From Gracilinanus agilis (taxonomy: Eukaryota), in assembly GCF_016433145.1 (NCBI RefSeq), contig NC_058134.1, positions 64,065,387-64,129,386 on the forward strand: 64,000 nt of DNA, written 5' to 3'. This document shows, piece by piece, positions 22,866 through 37,089 of the stretch. The notes beneath the pieces are model-generated. The model was given only the letters and a program-made list of their open reading frames with translations. It did no database searches and was not told the origin of the DNA. A program made the translations under genes and the position numbers. The first letter of the stretch is position 1; every line of letters begins with the position of its first letter.

Positions 22866-25800
22866 TCAACTCAAAATCTGAAGAGACAAAGCATGGCGTA
22901 GGGGAATTGCTGCTGTGTTTGGAGTCAGGAGAGGAGCAGGTTTGAATCTAAACCTGACACCGGCAGTGTGATGAGGGGCAAATAAATCTCTCAACTTTCC
23001 TGAGCTTCAGTCAGCTTCTTCCTCTGTAGGATGGGAGTGATAATGCCTGTACTGCCTACTTTAACAATTGGTGTGAAATTAAATGACCTATTTTTGTGTA
23101 TTTTGTGAACTTTAAAGGGCTATCTAAGTGTTAGCTATTATTACACGTTTTCTTAATAGTGAATAAATGAAAAGGCATGTATTAAGTCCTTGCTGTGTGC
23201 CAGGCACTGTATTAAGCACTAAGGCTATACATGGAAAAAGTCAGGTAATCACTGCCCTCAAGAAGCTTCATTCTACATATGTAAAGGAATGGTGTCCAGG
23301 GATGGCTTTTTGGACCAAATGAGATAACAGACATAAAGCATTTTGCAAACCTAAAAGCCCTATATAAATGCTAGCACTATTCATAAAGAGGATCACTGTG
23401 ACAGCTCCTTTTCTACCTAGTAGTTTTGTGGCTGCCTTCAGAGAAGTGAGATGGATCAATGAATGACCTACAGACTGCACAATGCTGCCGCTATATCCTG
23501 CCTAGCCCCCATCAAATTCCACCTTCTCTGGGCTTGAAAAAAAATTGTATACATATATATTTGTCCAGCTGTGTTTGTGTTCACCATTAACAACTCATTA
23601 TGATTCTGTTATAGAAAATATAACTCACTCTTAAAGTCCACAAACTGGATTTCCTGAACATCCTTTTATTCATTCAAAATCCCTTGGTGCCACTTTCATT
23701 AGACTTGGCAGTAGCAAAGATAGTGTCAATTATGGGTTCCAAGGCCCTTTTTTTCAGATTCTTTTCTAATCATCAAAAGACAAATTACTTCTTTCTTTTT
23801 ACAAAAAAAAATCCTTGCCTTCCATCTTAGAATCGATGCTAAATATCAGTTCCAAGAAATGTGGTAAGGGCTAGGCAGACGGTGCCTACAACTTGCAGAC
23901 AAGTGCCCAGGGTTTCAACCCAGCACCTCCCATTTCCAGGCCTGGCTCTCTATTTACTGAGACACGTAGCCACCCCTAAATGACTTATTTCTGAGACGTG
24001 TATTGATCATTGAAACGAGAAGCTGGCTGAATGTCGTAAAGTTTTGTTTTTTTTTTTTGGAGTGTTGTAAGTTGACTGAGATTTTCACCCAGACCGATGA
24101 AGCTAAATGGGCTTAGAACTCTTTTCCAATATTGAGGAATGATGGCACACAACAAATTCCTGCATTCCCCAAAACAGTTCAATAGACCAACAAGTCTACC
24201 ATCAAATTAGGAGAAAGCATATGACATAAAAGAAAGGGCTGCTGGGTCAGCCACCACTTCTTTCCGTGGTTGAGTTGTTTTTGTTAACTTTTAATATAAT
24301 TAAAGCCAATTGCTCCGGGCATTGGGGGCGGTATAGAGTTGAGCTAAAATATAATTTCTTCACACGAGAGCTTTATCAGCTAGTAGGGGGATATGAGCCA
24401 ATCCAAAAACATTAAATGCCTGCTCTGTACCAGGCACTGTGTGTTAAGTGTTGGCAATAACGATAATAGAGAGTTCCTGCCCTCAAGGAGTTTACACCCT
24501 AATCTAGAGAAATGGCACACAAAAGGAGTGGGAAAGGGAATATCCAACAGAGTAGAGAGGCAAACCCTTTGGTTTTGCCCTTAGCCTCTTCCATTGACTC
24601 TTCATGGCTTTATGAAGTATATTTATGTGCAAGGTAGCTTAGAGAGAAAGGAGTGAGCAACCACCGGTCACCATATAATAACTTGGACCCTGATAATCTC
24701 CCCATTCCTCAAGTACTACAAAACTTGAAATACTTTACTAGCCATCCTTATCATCAGATCATGGATTTACAACTGGAAGGGAACTAGAGCAGGTCATCTA
24801 CTTCAAGCCCTTCCATGTCCAGATATGGATATTTAAAGGAAATTGAGGGCTTTGCTCGAGATCTCAGAGATCATATGGTTCTTTCACTAGTTAGTAACCT
24901 CATTTGATTTAGTGACTTAGGTCTCCCAGGTTATATGTTTGAATTCAATCTTAGCAGGCACATGGTTTTTTTAATTACCAATATGGATTACACTAAAACC
25001 CTAATAGTTTTAAATATATCCTTCTATATTAATTTTATTTGTTACATATGGTTCTTTCACTAAGTCATTTAATCTTTCTCAGCCTCATCTTCTAATATAG
25101 AAAGAGGGGGAAGAGAGGAGAGACTAGATGATCTCTGGATACTTCTAGAACACTTTTAATACTTTCTGATTCAAAGATTCTCAAAGGAAAACCAATAGAA
25201 TAACACCTAACAAGATTTTTTAATGTGTTTTGTATTTGTTACTAGACTACTTCTTCCCACCCCAAATGGTTTGTTTGTCAGGATTTAACCTACTAGTCTA
25301 TCTGGCTAGCTGCCTTTGGGAACACACTTTTTTTAACTGATCTGTTTCCTAAACAATAGAAAACAGCTCTTAGCCTCTGTTCGCTTTGTCATTTGAGGTG
25401 AAAACTCTGTGGTCATATTATTCAGACAGACAACTTGGTACGAATGAATGGTCTAATATCTTATAGCAATGAATAACACAAACTTCCGAAATATATAGGA
25501 ATTATGTGAGTTGTCATTCCCTTCCCAGAGTTGTCTTTTACATTTGTCTGACCACCAAATGACCACTTTTTTACTGTAATCTCAGCTGTCATTGTCTGTC
25601 CTAGTGGATGTTCCATGTAACAAGGAACCTCCTCGCCAGATACCCACAATGTTAAAGTGGAACCAGGATGTGACTTCCTGAGTGTAATAGATCGGGGGAT
25701 CCACAATCTAGCAGATATGAGTTTGGAGTTATTTTTGTGAACTAGGCAGGACCTCTATTCTCCCCAATTAGGGTCCCTTAAAAGGTGACTTACATTTCAG

Positions 25801-27572
25801 GTGTAATAGCATAGGATAGAACTTAAACTATTCAGGGACTGGAAGTATTTCTTTTTTTGTTTTTATATGCCTAATTTCTAGCACAGTACATACTAGTACA
25901 TACATGTACACACAGTACATACTAGTACATACATGGAAAGCACTTAATAAATGCCAGCTGGCCAATTAACCAATTACAAAACAAATTTAAAGCTGGAAGA
26001 GTTCAGAGTAGAAAACTAAGTGCAAACTCATTAAAAAAAACACCAGGAAATTACTTATGTAAAAATGTGACTTTGGTTTTTAAATAAACATAATCGCAGA
26101 AATCACAAAAAGTTTTCTTTTTGCGATAGTCAGACTAGACAGAAACATTTAACCATGATGGGACCGTGTCTACACTGAGATACCAAAGGAATATGCTATG
26201 TCAGATTATTGTCTACTGCTCTTCAAATTGTCATGTTGCTGAAGTCCTTCAGACTTTCTAGGAAGAATTAAGTCTGCAGTGACCCTGGGCAAGTCATTTT
26301 AACCTCAGTCTGCCTTAGTTTCATCATCTTTAAAATGATAATAGTATAACATCCACTTTCCAGGTCTGTTGTGAGGTTAAAATGAGATAACATTTATAAA
26401 GCAGCCTTATATATAAAAGCCTTAAAGTGTTATATACATGCTAACCATACATATCATTATTATTAGTATTCAGAAATAAGGAGGCAGACAAGTAGATCAA
26501 GAGCCAAGCCTGAAGACAGGAAGTCCTGGGTTCAAATATGGCCTCAGACACTTTCTAGCTGTGTGACCTTGGGCAAATCACTTAACCCCAGTTGCCTACC
26601 CCTTACTACTCTTCTGACTTGGAACCGATTTTGACTTTAGAACAGAAGGCTTATATAGTCTGAGCTCTCCAAATATTATTTCATACATATAAATGTAATA
26701 TAGAAAAATAATATGTTGTAATTATAGTTGTTTTATAGTATTGTATTATAATATATGTAATAAATAAAATAAATATGTAATATTTATAAGGTTTGGAGAG
26801 CTTAGAAAATACCAAAAACCTGACTCCACCAAATTTTCAGTGATGATCATAATGCAAAGAGTCAGAGCCATAACTAAGGCAACCTGAGCTTTGCTTCAGG
26901 GCAATAAAATTTTAAGAGTACACACGTAACACTGGAGAATTTAAGAGGCTATGCAGTTTAAAATTTTGTTGCATTTTAATAGCATGTTCCACATTCCTTC
27001 AGCAGCATAAAAACTAAGTGATAAGGAGAGCTAAAATAGGAAGTTACCAGTTGGTAGTTGTCTTCTATTCTCTTCTCTCTTCCACTTACCTTCCCTCCCC
27101 TATCTTGAGCTCTGCATCCATTCAAGCTCCTCCTCAGCCTCATAGTACCCCAAATTCTGACTCCCAACTTTCAGGTGGTATCGCAAGGTCTCTCCTTCAC
27201 ATACCTCACACAGAAAGTGGTGGGAATTCAATGCTGAGTCATCTGTGGTGGATTTGAGGGAGCATCTAGTATGTTTCCCAGCTGTTGGCCAATTTCCTAT
27301 TGTCTAGCATGGGAAATCGTGTTTTTCCCTTTTTCCCAGCTTAAGGTTTTGTGCTCCTCCACCTAAACAATAATTTCTTTGAGCTACATTTAGGGTGACC
27401 AACATCTCAGAAAAGGTGTTCATTTTTGCTTTAATGGGGACGTAGGTTCATATCACATTATATGGCTGTATATACCATTATTGTGTGGCCTAAAAAATTT
27501 AGTGAATAAGTTATCAAGAACAGACCCAGGATCCATTTAAAAGGAACAACTCCACTCTCCCTAGTTGTAAGA

Positions 27573-27730
27573 CTAACGAATTGGCAGATGAGTTAATATA
27601 CCAATAGCAATAGGCATCTTGCGTAAATTGGGGCAGTTCCTTCTATATCCATCGGGACCATTGTATCCGAGGATTGGTTTGAGAGAAGAATATAGAAAGT
27701 CATGTCCTTGTGTCTCTTCCAGAGAATAAC
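27573..27730 (-). CDS. C17orf98/SPMAP1-like (DUF4542 family) protein, terminal coding exon 3
   Basis: Minus strand ctttccctgtggattgtctctag|GT TAT TCT gives (G)YSLEETQGHDFLYSSLKPILGYNGPDGYRRNCPNLRKMPIAIGILTHLPIR then TAG. Collinear with recalled human C17orf98 C-terminus [37 protein letters not shown]...THFPLF. 158 nt; phase 1 matches exon 2. Confidence 0.92.
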
Positions 27731-28088
27731 CTAGAGACAATCCACAGGGAAAGATTAGGTTCAGTCTGTTTTAAGGCCATTTATTCATTCATCTATTCTT
27801 AGTCAACATTACTACCTCCTATGGGTAAGACACTCTGCCGGATACTGAAGTAAAGAGATAAATAAGACATTAAGCCGATAACCTGGTAAGGTAGATAAGA
27901 CATATAATAATAAGAGACTGGTTTTGGAATCAGAGGACCCGAGTTCCAATGTTGGTTCTGTTACCATCTATTGTGTGACTTTGGGCAAGTCCTTTCACTT
28001 TTCCAGGCTAATTTCCTTGACTATAAAATGAGTTAGATTAGATGACCTATAAAAGATACCTTTCAACTCTAAATCTATAAACCTAGAT

Positions 28089-28295
28089 CCATGTTAATGA
28101 ACCTTTGGCACTTGTGCCAAGTGTACTAGAGAGGGCTGCTTCCTTCCCCCTCTCCACACATGCCTGAGGACATTTCTCTCATCACCTGCCTCTCTGTCCA
28201 GCCTCCCTCCCCTGTCTGGGGTAAGGCAGGGGGCTCACATGCAGTGTGAGGGTTGCAGTTTGGGCACTTGGTTTCTAAAAGGTTCACCATCACTC
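28089..28295. mobile_element. Non-autonomous hAT element, family C
   Basis: Right terminus aaggttcaccatcactc and degenerate left terminus ccatgttaatgaacct; 8-bp duplication acctagat/tcctagat (7/8). Confidence 0.7.
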
Positions 28296-28749
28296 TCCTA
28301 GATTATATATAAAAATGCTAAGAACCTATTGATGCTTAAGATAAATAGAAGGAGGGGAATAGACCAAAGGTAAGTATTACAAAGGAGGCCACTGCAACAG
28401 TTCAAGTTAGAAGCAGGGAGAATTTTGATTTATTGACAGGGCAAAAAAATAAAAGATAAAAGAGGAATCAGATTACAACTTTGTAAACAAAAACAACTTA
28501 GAAAATCTTAAAAACTATGATCAAAACAATGGCCAGTCAGAACTCCAGTAGATTGAGGATTAATCATAACTTCCAATTCTTGGCAAAATGGTGATAGAAT
28601 AGAGTTGAAATTAAATGCCCTTTCAGGCAAAGCCAATGCGTGGACAAATTTTGCTTAACTACACTTATTTGTTACAAGGGTTAGGTCAGCTTATAGGGTT
28701 AAGAGTTATGAAAGGGAAAGGAGAGAGATGAGTTATAGTGATGTCGAGG

Positions 28750-29300
28750 AATACAACAACAATGCATACATTAAGCACCTGCTATTTGCTAGACACTTTC
28801 CTAAGCACTGAGGATACAAAGAAGGGTGCAAAACAGCCCCTGATCTAGTCTAATGGGAGAGACCACATGCAAATAACTATGTACAAACAACATATATACA
28901 GGATGAGTTGGAGATAATCAACAGAAAGTACTACTAGCATTCATAGTGATCAAGAAAGACTTCTGGTAGAAGTTGAGATTTTAGCCAGGACTTGAAAGAA
29001 ATCAGAAAATCCAGGAGACACACAAGGAGGGAGAAATTCCAGGAATGTGAGACAGCCAAATGAAAATGCATAAAGTCAGGAGACCGCAAACTCAAGAACA
29101 ACATAAAAAGACCAGTGTCACTATATTTCAGGGTGAAGAGGAGAGTAAGATGCAAGAAAGGAAAGAGACAAGTTATTAAGGGCTTAAAAAACCAAACCGG
29201 ATTTTATATTTGAAACCAGAGGCAAATAGGGAGCCCCTGGAGAGGACTTGTGCTTCAGGAAGATCAATTTGATATTTGAATGGAGAATGGACTGGAGTAG
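28750..29300 (-). mobile_element. L2 LINE fragment (antisense)
   Basis: cattaagcacctgctatttgctagacact... and downstream L2-type body. Confidence 0.7.
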
Positions 29301-29399
29301 GGAAACACGAGGAAAGAAAGAAACAAAGAGAGGGGGCAGGGTGGGAAGGAGGGAGGAAGGAAGGAAGAAAGAAAGATGAATGAAATAAAACTTTAAAAT

Positions 29400-31330
29400 A
29401 CACAAAAGAGACCAGAATCAAAAGAATAGAATTTTCAGAATTTAAACTGTATTATAAAGCAAATCAAAGCCATTTCAAAATCGAAGAGTAGATTAATAAA
29501 CCAGACTAGACAAGGAAGGATCAGAAATAAGATAACTCAAAAACCCAATGTTTATTTAACCCCAAAGCTTAACTCTACCTTAAAAAGAATTCTCTATATG
29601 AGAACTTCCAGTAAAACTAGAATTCAGTCTAGCAGAAATCAGGCTTAGAGCAACATCTCACACCATATTCCACCACAAATTCGAAATGAATACATTGTCT
29701 GAATGTTAGAAATCATACCAAAAAGAGAAGGAAACCATGTATGTGCCTTTCACAGCTATGGGAAGGGGATAAAATAATCAAATATGGGATAGATGAGATT
29801 TTAAGAGATAAAATAGATTATTTATTCTGCTTACACAAAATTGAAAAACTTCTACAAGGAACAAAATTAATGTATCTTAAGATAAAAAAAAGGGAAGCAA
29901 TCAATTGGAGAAAAGTTTTATATGAAATATCTCTAAGGGTCTGATATCCCAAATATACAGGCAACAGAGAGAAATATATATGACAAAAAGTCATTCCTTA
30001 ATAGAATAAACAACAGCTGATATAAACAAACAGTTCTTAAAAGAACTGCAAACTACTAACAGTCATATGAATGCTTCAGATTCTAATGATAAGAGAAATG
30101 CAAATGAAACAACTCTTCACCTTTCAGCCATCAAAATGGCAAATATGACATATAAATAGTATAATTAGTGGCAGCAGGGCTGTGGAAAGTTTGGCAAACT
30201 AAAGCATTAACGATAGAACAGTGAATTGTTAATTATTCTGGCAAAGGATTTGAAAATTTTCAAATTAAGTGACTGGAATATTCACATCCTATGCTAGGTA
30301 TATCCTTCCCCAAGAAAGTAAAAAACCAAAAAAAAAAAAAAAGGCATGCTACACACCAAAATATTTATAGAAGTACTTTTCATGGTAGTAAAGAATTGGA
30401 AATAGGATGTCCAGTTATTGAGGAATTGCAAAACAAATTATGGTACATGAGTATAAAGGAATATTATTTTGTAAGAAATCATTAATATTATGGATATAGA
30501 GAAGCATGGAAAGAATGATTATGAACTGATGCAAAGTGAAAGTAATGAGAGTCAGAAAACTAATGTTTGAAATGACAATAACAATGTAATTGAAAAAAGC
30601 AACAATAACCAAATAATCAAAACTGAATGTTGTGAAATCATATTGACTAAGGGGCAGCTAAGTGACTCAGTGAACTGAGTGCTTGGCATGGAGTTGGTAG
30701 GACCTGGGTTCAAAGCTGACCTCAGACACTTTCTAGATGTATGACCCTGGACAAATCACCTCAATTGCCTAGCTCTTACCTCTCTTCTGGAATTAATATT
30801 TAGTATCAATTCTAAAAGAAAAGGTAAGGGTTAAAAAAATTATGTTGACCATGTCTAGCCTTAAAGAAAAGCTATGAGAAAACAACCTCCACACACTTCT
30901 TTAGAAAGCTGGGGATCCTATAGGTATGGAACACTGAATATAATGTGAGACTTTTTAATTGATTAGATTCACTGAATTATTTTCTTTTTTTATTCTTTGT
31001 TATAAAAGATTGATATTTGATCAATAATATGGAAATAGGTCCTGATCAATGACACATGTAAAACCCAGTGGAATTGTGCGTCAGCTAGAGAGGGGGGGTG
31101 TGGAGGGAGAGAAAGGAAAGAACATGAATCTTGTAACCATGGAAAAATACCCTAAATTAATTAAGTAATTAAAATTTTAAAAGATAGATATTTGAGGGGA
31201 GGAGAGGAAAAGATACAGGGGGAAAGGTAGGTGAGAGAAAAACAAAAGATATCAATAAATTATTTTTTAAATAAACACAAGAGTAAAAAAAAGTCAGAAG
31301 GGGACAGACATGAGAATCTGGGTGGTTTCA
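29400..31330 (+). mobile_element. Old L1 (ORF2 end + 3' region) with nested SINE (30651-30838) and younger L1 3' end (~31020-31190)
   Basis: A-rich ORF2-like sequence (aagagaaatgcaaatgaaacaactc...), many stops; nested copies recognised by identity to other copies in the window. Confidence 0.8.
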
Positions 31331-32034
31331 GCACTGCCGTTTCAAATACATAAATACATATAAACTTATGTATATGTATATTTTAAAAGCTGTATGTAAT
31401 AGTTCCAGATTCATTAAATCTGGATTCATTCACTATAATAATAAATGATAAAAAAAAAAAGAAAAAAGTAGTCGAGAAAAACAATCCTATTTGATGATGA
31501 TTTGGAGGTGAAAGATGACGGAGAATATAGGCAAAGTTCATGGAAATATCATTAACAAAAATGGAGGTGTCTGGTAAAGGTCCAGGTTGAGAAGAGGGCA
31601 GGAAAAGATGGTAAGCTCATTTCCAAGCTGCTCTCCCCCAGAGGCTTAGAAAAGGAACAGTCAACCACAAGCTTGAAAGTCAGCAGCAGTTAACACACCC
31701 TAGGATGGCATAAAGTTTCTGCTGTCATATTTTGCCATATTTTGCTTTCCCGTGGGCTTCTAAGAGGAAGCATTTTGATGAAAGGACAGATCATTCTCTT
31801 TAATCCATCAGTGTTTGGCTCCCAGGTAGACATTTTACTCCTTCCTGAATTCCCTAATGTCACTTCCCTACCCAGGTTTTAGAACAAAGAAGAGCAATCA
31901 TGTCTCCCTCGAGCTGAGTTACAAGACCTCAGAGAGGAGTCCTGATGGAGATGGCATTCTTGCGCATGGATATTTGAATGTCAGTTTTACTTTCTCCATT
32001 TAATGGAGTAGTAAAAAGAATACTAGTCCTACTG

Positions 32035-32290
32035 CAGGAGAGGAAACATATAAGAAAAACAACTGCTGGAACGCATGGGTTGGGGTGGACATGATTGAGG
32101 ATGTGGACTCGAAACTACCACACCAATGCAACTACCAACAATTTGGAAATAGGTCTTGATCACGGACACATGATAAAACCAGTGGAAATGTGTGTCGGCC
32201 AAGGGTGGGAGGAATGCGGGGGGTGAAGGGGAAAGTAGCATGAATCATGTAACCATGTTAAAAATGAATATTAATAAATGTTTAAAATTT
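32035..32290 (+). mobile_element. L1_Mdo-type 3' end
   Basis: aacaatttggaaataggtcttgatc...catgaatcatgtaaccatg followed by an A-rich tail. Confidence 0.88.
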
Positions 32291-32704
32291 AAAAAAATAT
32301 TTTTATAATTTTATTTCAATATAATTGGACAATATGGAAATGTTTTGTATGATAATACATATTTAACCCAGTTCTAATTGCTTGCCAGGGGAAATTTGTT
32401 ATTACATGTAATTGATTTTTTTAAATTAAATTAAATTTAAAAATGTTAAATGTTCTTTTAGGAGTTCTTAGACTTCATCACACTGTCAACAGGGTCCATG
32501 GTTAAGAACTGATGTCTTCAAAGAAGTTGCCTTTACTGGCTACATTGACTCTCTCATTTCCCAGCACTTTGCAAATCCTTGCAATTAGATTTTCAACTCA
32601 AAAGAAACTGTTCTAAGCTGTCAAATTCTAAGGTTGGAAGCAAGTAGTCTGAACCAGATTAAAATGTAATTGAGAAATATTTAGAAAAATAAATAAAAAC
32701 ACAA

Positions 32705-32705
32705 T

Positions 32706-32739
<34 letters not shown>

Positions 32740-32740
32740 A
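32705..32740. repeat. (CAA)n microsatellite
   Basis: CAA trinucleotide run. Confidence 0.93.
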
Positions 32741-35279
32741 GAATACTAGTCCTAGAATTGAGTGGGAGGGGAGGCAATTCTGGGTTCAAATATTGTCTCT
32801 GGCCCCTAATAGGTACTCCTAGAGCTAACACCCCAGGCTAACCACTTGACCTGTCTTCTGGACCTCAGTTTCCTCATCTATAATCTGTAAAATGGTGGTA
32901 GTAAAAATAGTATCCACTTCACAGGATGGTCGTGAGGGTCAAATGAGCTAGTGCCTTAGAAAGCCCTTTGTATAACATTTATACCAATCTGTGCTGCTAT
33001 TTAGCTATTCTCAATGCAGATTATATTATGAGGATGGATTGGATATGGAAAGTAAACAGCCTGGTGGAGTGGAAAGTGAATTGTCTCTGGAGCCAGAAGA
33101 CCTGGGTTCAAATCTAACTTACTTTATTGTTTAACTTACTACTTGTGTGACCTCGAGCAAATAAGAGCTTTAGTTTCCTCATCTTTAAATTGACAGCGTT
33201 GGGGCAGCAAGGTGGCTCCATGGATAGAGCTCCTGCTCCTGGGTTCAATCTGGCCTCAGACATTTCCTAGGTGAGTGACCCCTGGACAAGTCACTTAACC
33301 ACAATTGCCTACCACTTACCACAATTTGTCTTGGAACCAAAAATGTGTATTGTTTCTAAGCTAGAAGGGAAGGGTCTAAAACAAATAAATAAAGTAAAAT
33401 AAAATAAAACGACAAGGTTGCAAAATAGACCTTGAGGCCCCCTTCCAATTCTTGGTGTTATGATCCAATGATCTAAGAACCACAGAAAGAAGGTTCTATG
33501 TCATTCATAATAGCATGGTGCTAATGTTAATTGCTCCCCTCCATTCACTACATCATTTAGTGTCATAAACAAAAGAATAATTAAAGTTATATTTGGATAC
33601 TGATTAGGCACTGATGGGAGGGATAATAGAAGGGAGGGCGGAGAGAATATTTCTAAGTAATCGGTACATATGACTGATTAGGAAATCTGTTTACGGACTT
33701 ATTTCTTCCTAGCATTTGGCCCTTGAAATAATTTTCTATGTGAATGTTAAAAGCCAGATGAAAAAAATAAATAAAACGACCCTGATTACTCTTCCTTGTG
33801 TTCCAATCAGCTGCATGTCAGTTTCTGAATAAACTTTAATTCCTTTGCTTCGTCTGTAGACAAGGAAATTTGCACCACAATTTTTTAAATTCCCCGTTAG
33901 GGGTCTTAAGGACAATTAGCAATTAAAATAATCCATTTTCCTACATTTCTGCTTCACAAACACAGTTGGCAGGATTGATTTGTCAGTCACATGTGCCACC
34001 CCAGTGAGTTCCTATTAGCTTTCACATCCATCCACAGTCCCTTGATCTAATACCTCACTTTGGTGTGGTGATATTCTGGACTTCTATACTAGTAGTCCTT
34101 GGAGAAAGGCCTGCTATGTAGAAGAGGTTTAAGGGTGATCCTAGAAATGGATGAAGTCAGGAGCACATTGGCTAACTAGTTTTACTGGGAGATCATTACC
34201 AGGATGTCAAAAAAAGGCCCTAAGTCCCCCACTTTCCTTTCCACTTACACAATGATTTTGGTAGAAAAGAAGATGGTAGACAGAAAGGGGAGCAGAGAGT
34301 ATTAAGAATTCCATACCTTTAAGCTCATCTATAAATATTAGTTTAACTATAGATTCTTTAAATCAATTGATCAATCAATCAGCTAATGTGGTATCATGGA
34401 AAGAATTGGTTCCATTAATAGTGATAGTTGGCATTTATATAGCATGTGAAGGTTGGCAAAGTGCTTTATATATAGTAGTAGTATTTCATTTGATCTTCAC
34501 CATCACCCTTTAAAACTAGGTGCTACTATTATCCCCATTTTACAGATAAGGAAACTGAGAAAGGTTATATGGACTTGCCCAGGGTCACATACAGGTAGCA
34601 AGTATTTGAGGCAGAAATTGACCCCAAGCCCAGCATTCTATCTTCTTCTCCCTCATGAAACAATAGCAAAAATGTAAGATGCATCATTTCATGGGGATGC
34701 TGCACATCACTTCTTGCAATGCTCATGATAAACATAAGTAATAAAAGAAAGAGACCAGCAAGAACACTGTCACAGATTTATCAGCTTCTACTATAGAGGA
34801 GAGCAGAGGCAGAAAGATCCTATGTTGAATTCTAGGCGGCAGTGAGGTGGCTCAGTAGGTAGAAAACTAGACCTAGAGATGGGAGATCCTGGGTTTAAAT
34901 TTTGACCTCAGACATTTCCTAGCTGTGTTACCCTGGGCAAGTCACTTAACTTCCATTTGCTTACCCTTTTTACCTCTCTTTTGCCTTGGAACCAATACAC
35001 TGCATTAATTCTAAGATGGAAGGTAAAGGATAAGATCCTTTAAATCAAATCAACATCTACTTTGATACTCAGTGACTTCTTTGTAAAGGCACAGAGAAGG
35101 ATGGTAAAAACTATATATTTAAAATATGACTCAGGCTTAAGAAATAAGAGGCCAAAGGTAGAGAATTTAGAAATCTCATGCCTATGTGCAATGAATATTT
35201 TCTCCTAGAAGGGAGTTCTGGGGAGACAAATTATAGCCCAGATGAATAATCGTTAAGTTGTCCACAAGTAATAACAGCA

Positions 35280-35540
35280 ACTAGGTGCTGCAGTGGATTT
35301 TGGGGGCTAGAGTCAGGAAGACTCATTCTCCTGAGTTCAAATCTGACTTCAGACACTTACTAGATGAATGATGCTGGGCAAGTCACTTAACCCTGTTTGC
35401 CTTGGTTTCCTTATCTGTAAAGTGAGCTGGAAGAAGGAAATGGCAAAGCATTCCAGAATCTCTGCAAAGATAACCCTCAATGAGGTCATGAAGAATTGGA
35501 CACGACTGAAACAAATGATCAAGAACAATAAAAATAACAA
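35280..35540 (+). mobile_element. MAR1-type marsupial SINE
   Basis: CORE-SINE body followed by the RTE-derived tail ggaaatggcaaagcattccag...ggacacgactgaaacaa. Antisense relatives at ~50600-50780 and ~53840-54080. Confidence 0.85.
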
Positions 35541-36137
35541 TGGAGGAGGCAGCAACCACAACCACAACAATAAGTTGACCTGCAAGGGGTCTTTGTCATC
35601 ATCCCAGCAGCTCCTGTCACTTGCTCTCAGATTATCTCCCATCTACTCTCTATATGTATATATACCTATTTATTTATATATTGACTTCCCTGATGGAATA
35701 ACATTGGGAAGTACATTAGATGAGGCTTACAAGCAAAAGTACGAACTAAACCCCCTAAACCCCTTAGGAAGACCTCTAGACCTCTGAATCAAATGGAAGC
35801 TCAGAAGATCCTAGATCCTTAGATGGAAGAGACTTCAGACATGATGTAACCCCAGAACTTTCATTTTATAGATGAGGAAACTGAGGTCCAAGAAGGTTAG
35901 ATGATCCAAGTCATCCAAGTAGTTTAAGTGTCGAGAGTAGGATTTAAAACTAGATTTTCTGACATCATAGCCAGACTTCTTTCCAATTTCATGAAATGTG
36001 AAATCAAATTGAGCTTAAGAGACAGAAAACCACTAGTTTCTAGTATGGAAATCATCAGGAACTTGTTTGTATCTAGTCAAATCATCAAACAAATTTGAGT
36101 TGACATCAAAATAAAATTATTCCTAAAGGGTCTAGAT

Positions 36138-36321
36138 CAGTGATTCCCAAAGTGGGCACCACTGCCCCCTGGTGGGTGCTGCAGCGATCCAGGAGGGATA
36201 GTGGTGGCCATGGGTGCATTTATTAATTGCTATTAAAATTTTAAAAAATTAATTTCCAGGGGGCTAAGTAATATTTTTTCTGGAAAGGGGGCAGTAGGCC
36301 AAAAGAGTTTGGGAACCACTG
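36138..36321 (+). mobile_element. Non-autonomous hAT element, family A (second copy)
   Basis: Same termini and body as 21056-21237; perfect duplication GTCTAGAT (36130-36137 and 36322-36329). Confidence 0.93.
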
Positions 36322-37089
36322 GTCTAGATGATGATGTTAAAAATCATGGCCTTGACTCCATGGAAAATTCTTTGACCTTGATGGAGTATAAGCAGCACCA
36401 GAATTCATATGTGCAGGCCTGGGGAATTAGAATTTTCGGGGCAGTGGACCTAAGATTCAGCTGCCTTTTGGATAGTTTGGTTGGCAACAAAGGGGGGACA
36501 TAAAGGCAAGGGGTCTTCAGCTGGGCAAACAGAAGAAATCAATACTTTAAGCATTCAATGAAGAAGAGCCCAGCATTCATGGAATTATAAAAACAAGAGC
36601 TAACATTTGTATATAGTACTTCATGGTTTCCATAGCCCTTTACAGGTGTTACCTCATACACTACCAGCATTGTTACCCTTTTTTTGACAAGATGAGGAAA
36701 TAGAGGCTGGAGAGAGTGGGGTGGGGGTGGAGGAAGGAAACACAGTTTCCTGATGATATATATGGCTTATGAAAAGGTGGAAGCTTCTCCTGCCTCCAAA
36801 TCCAGTGCTTTTTCCAAAGCAACATCACATGATGGAAAAGAACACCATAGCTCAGTGCACTGAAACTAAAAAAACAGGACCAAGGAACCAGATGTAGCAC
36901 AGCATACATTAGTGCAAGACACAGTTACAACCCAAAGATGGAGTGCAGCACATAGGCACAGAAAGAGAATTGCACAGTAGGCTTTTTTCTGATATTTCTG
37001 ACATTCCATATAGATAGAAACAAAAAGAAAAATATTAAAATACAAGTCACATAAAGATTCCTTCTCTTCTACTCTCCAATTTCATTTCA

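Noticed and set aside
24300-24360. CCAAT + GC-box + AT-rich cluster resembling a promoter
   Set aside because: No CpG island, and no downstream exon or ORF to support it.
25461-25706. 81-aa minus-strand ORF as a possible extra exon of the C17orf98-like gene
   Set aside because: The gene already ends at TAG 27573 with the family C-terminus; no recognisable homology.
25881-25935. Two-copy ~29-bp tandem duplication (cacagtacatactagtacatacatg)
   Set aside because: Simple slippage duplication; no spacers or array, so not CRISPR-like.
35368-35787. 139-aa ORF
   Set aside because: Mostly a MAR1 SINE and a simple-repeat tail.
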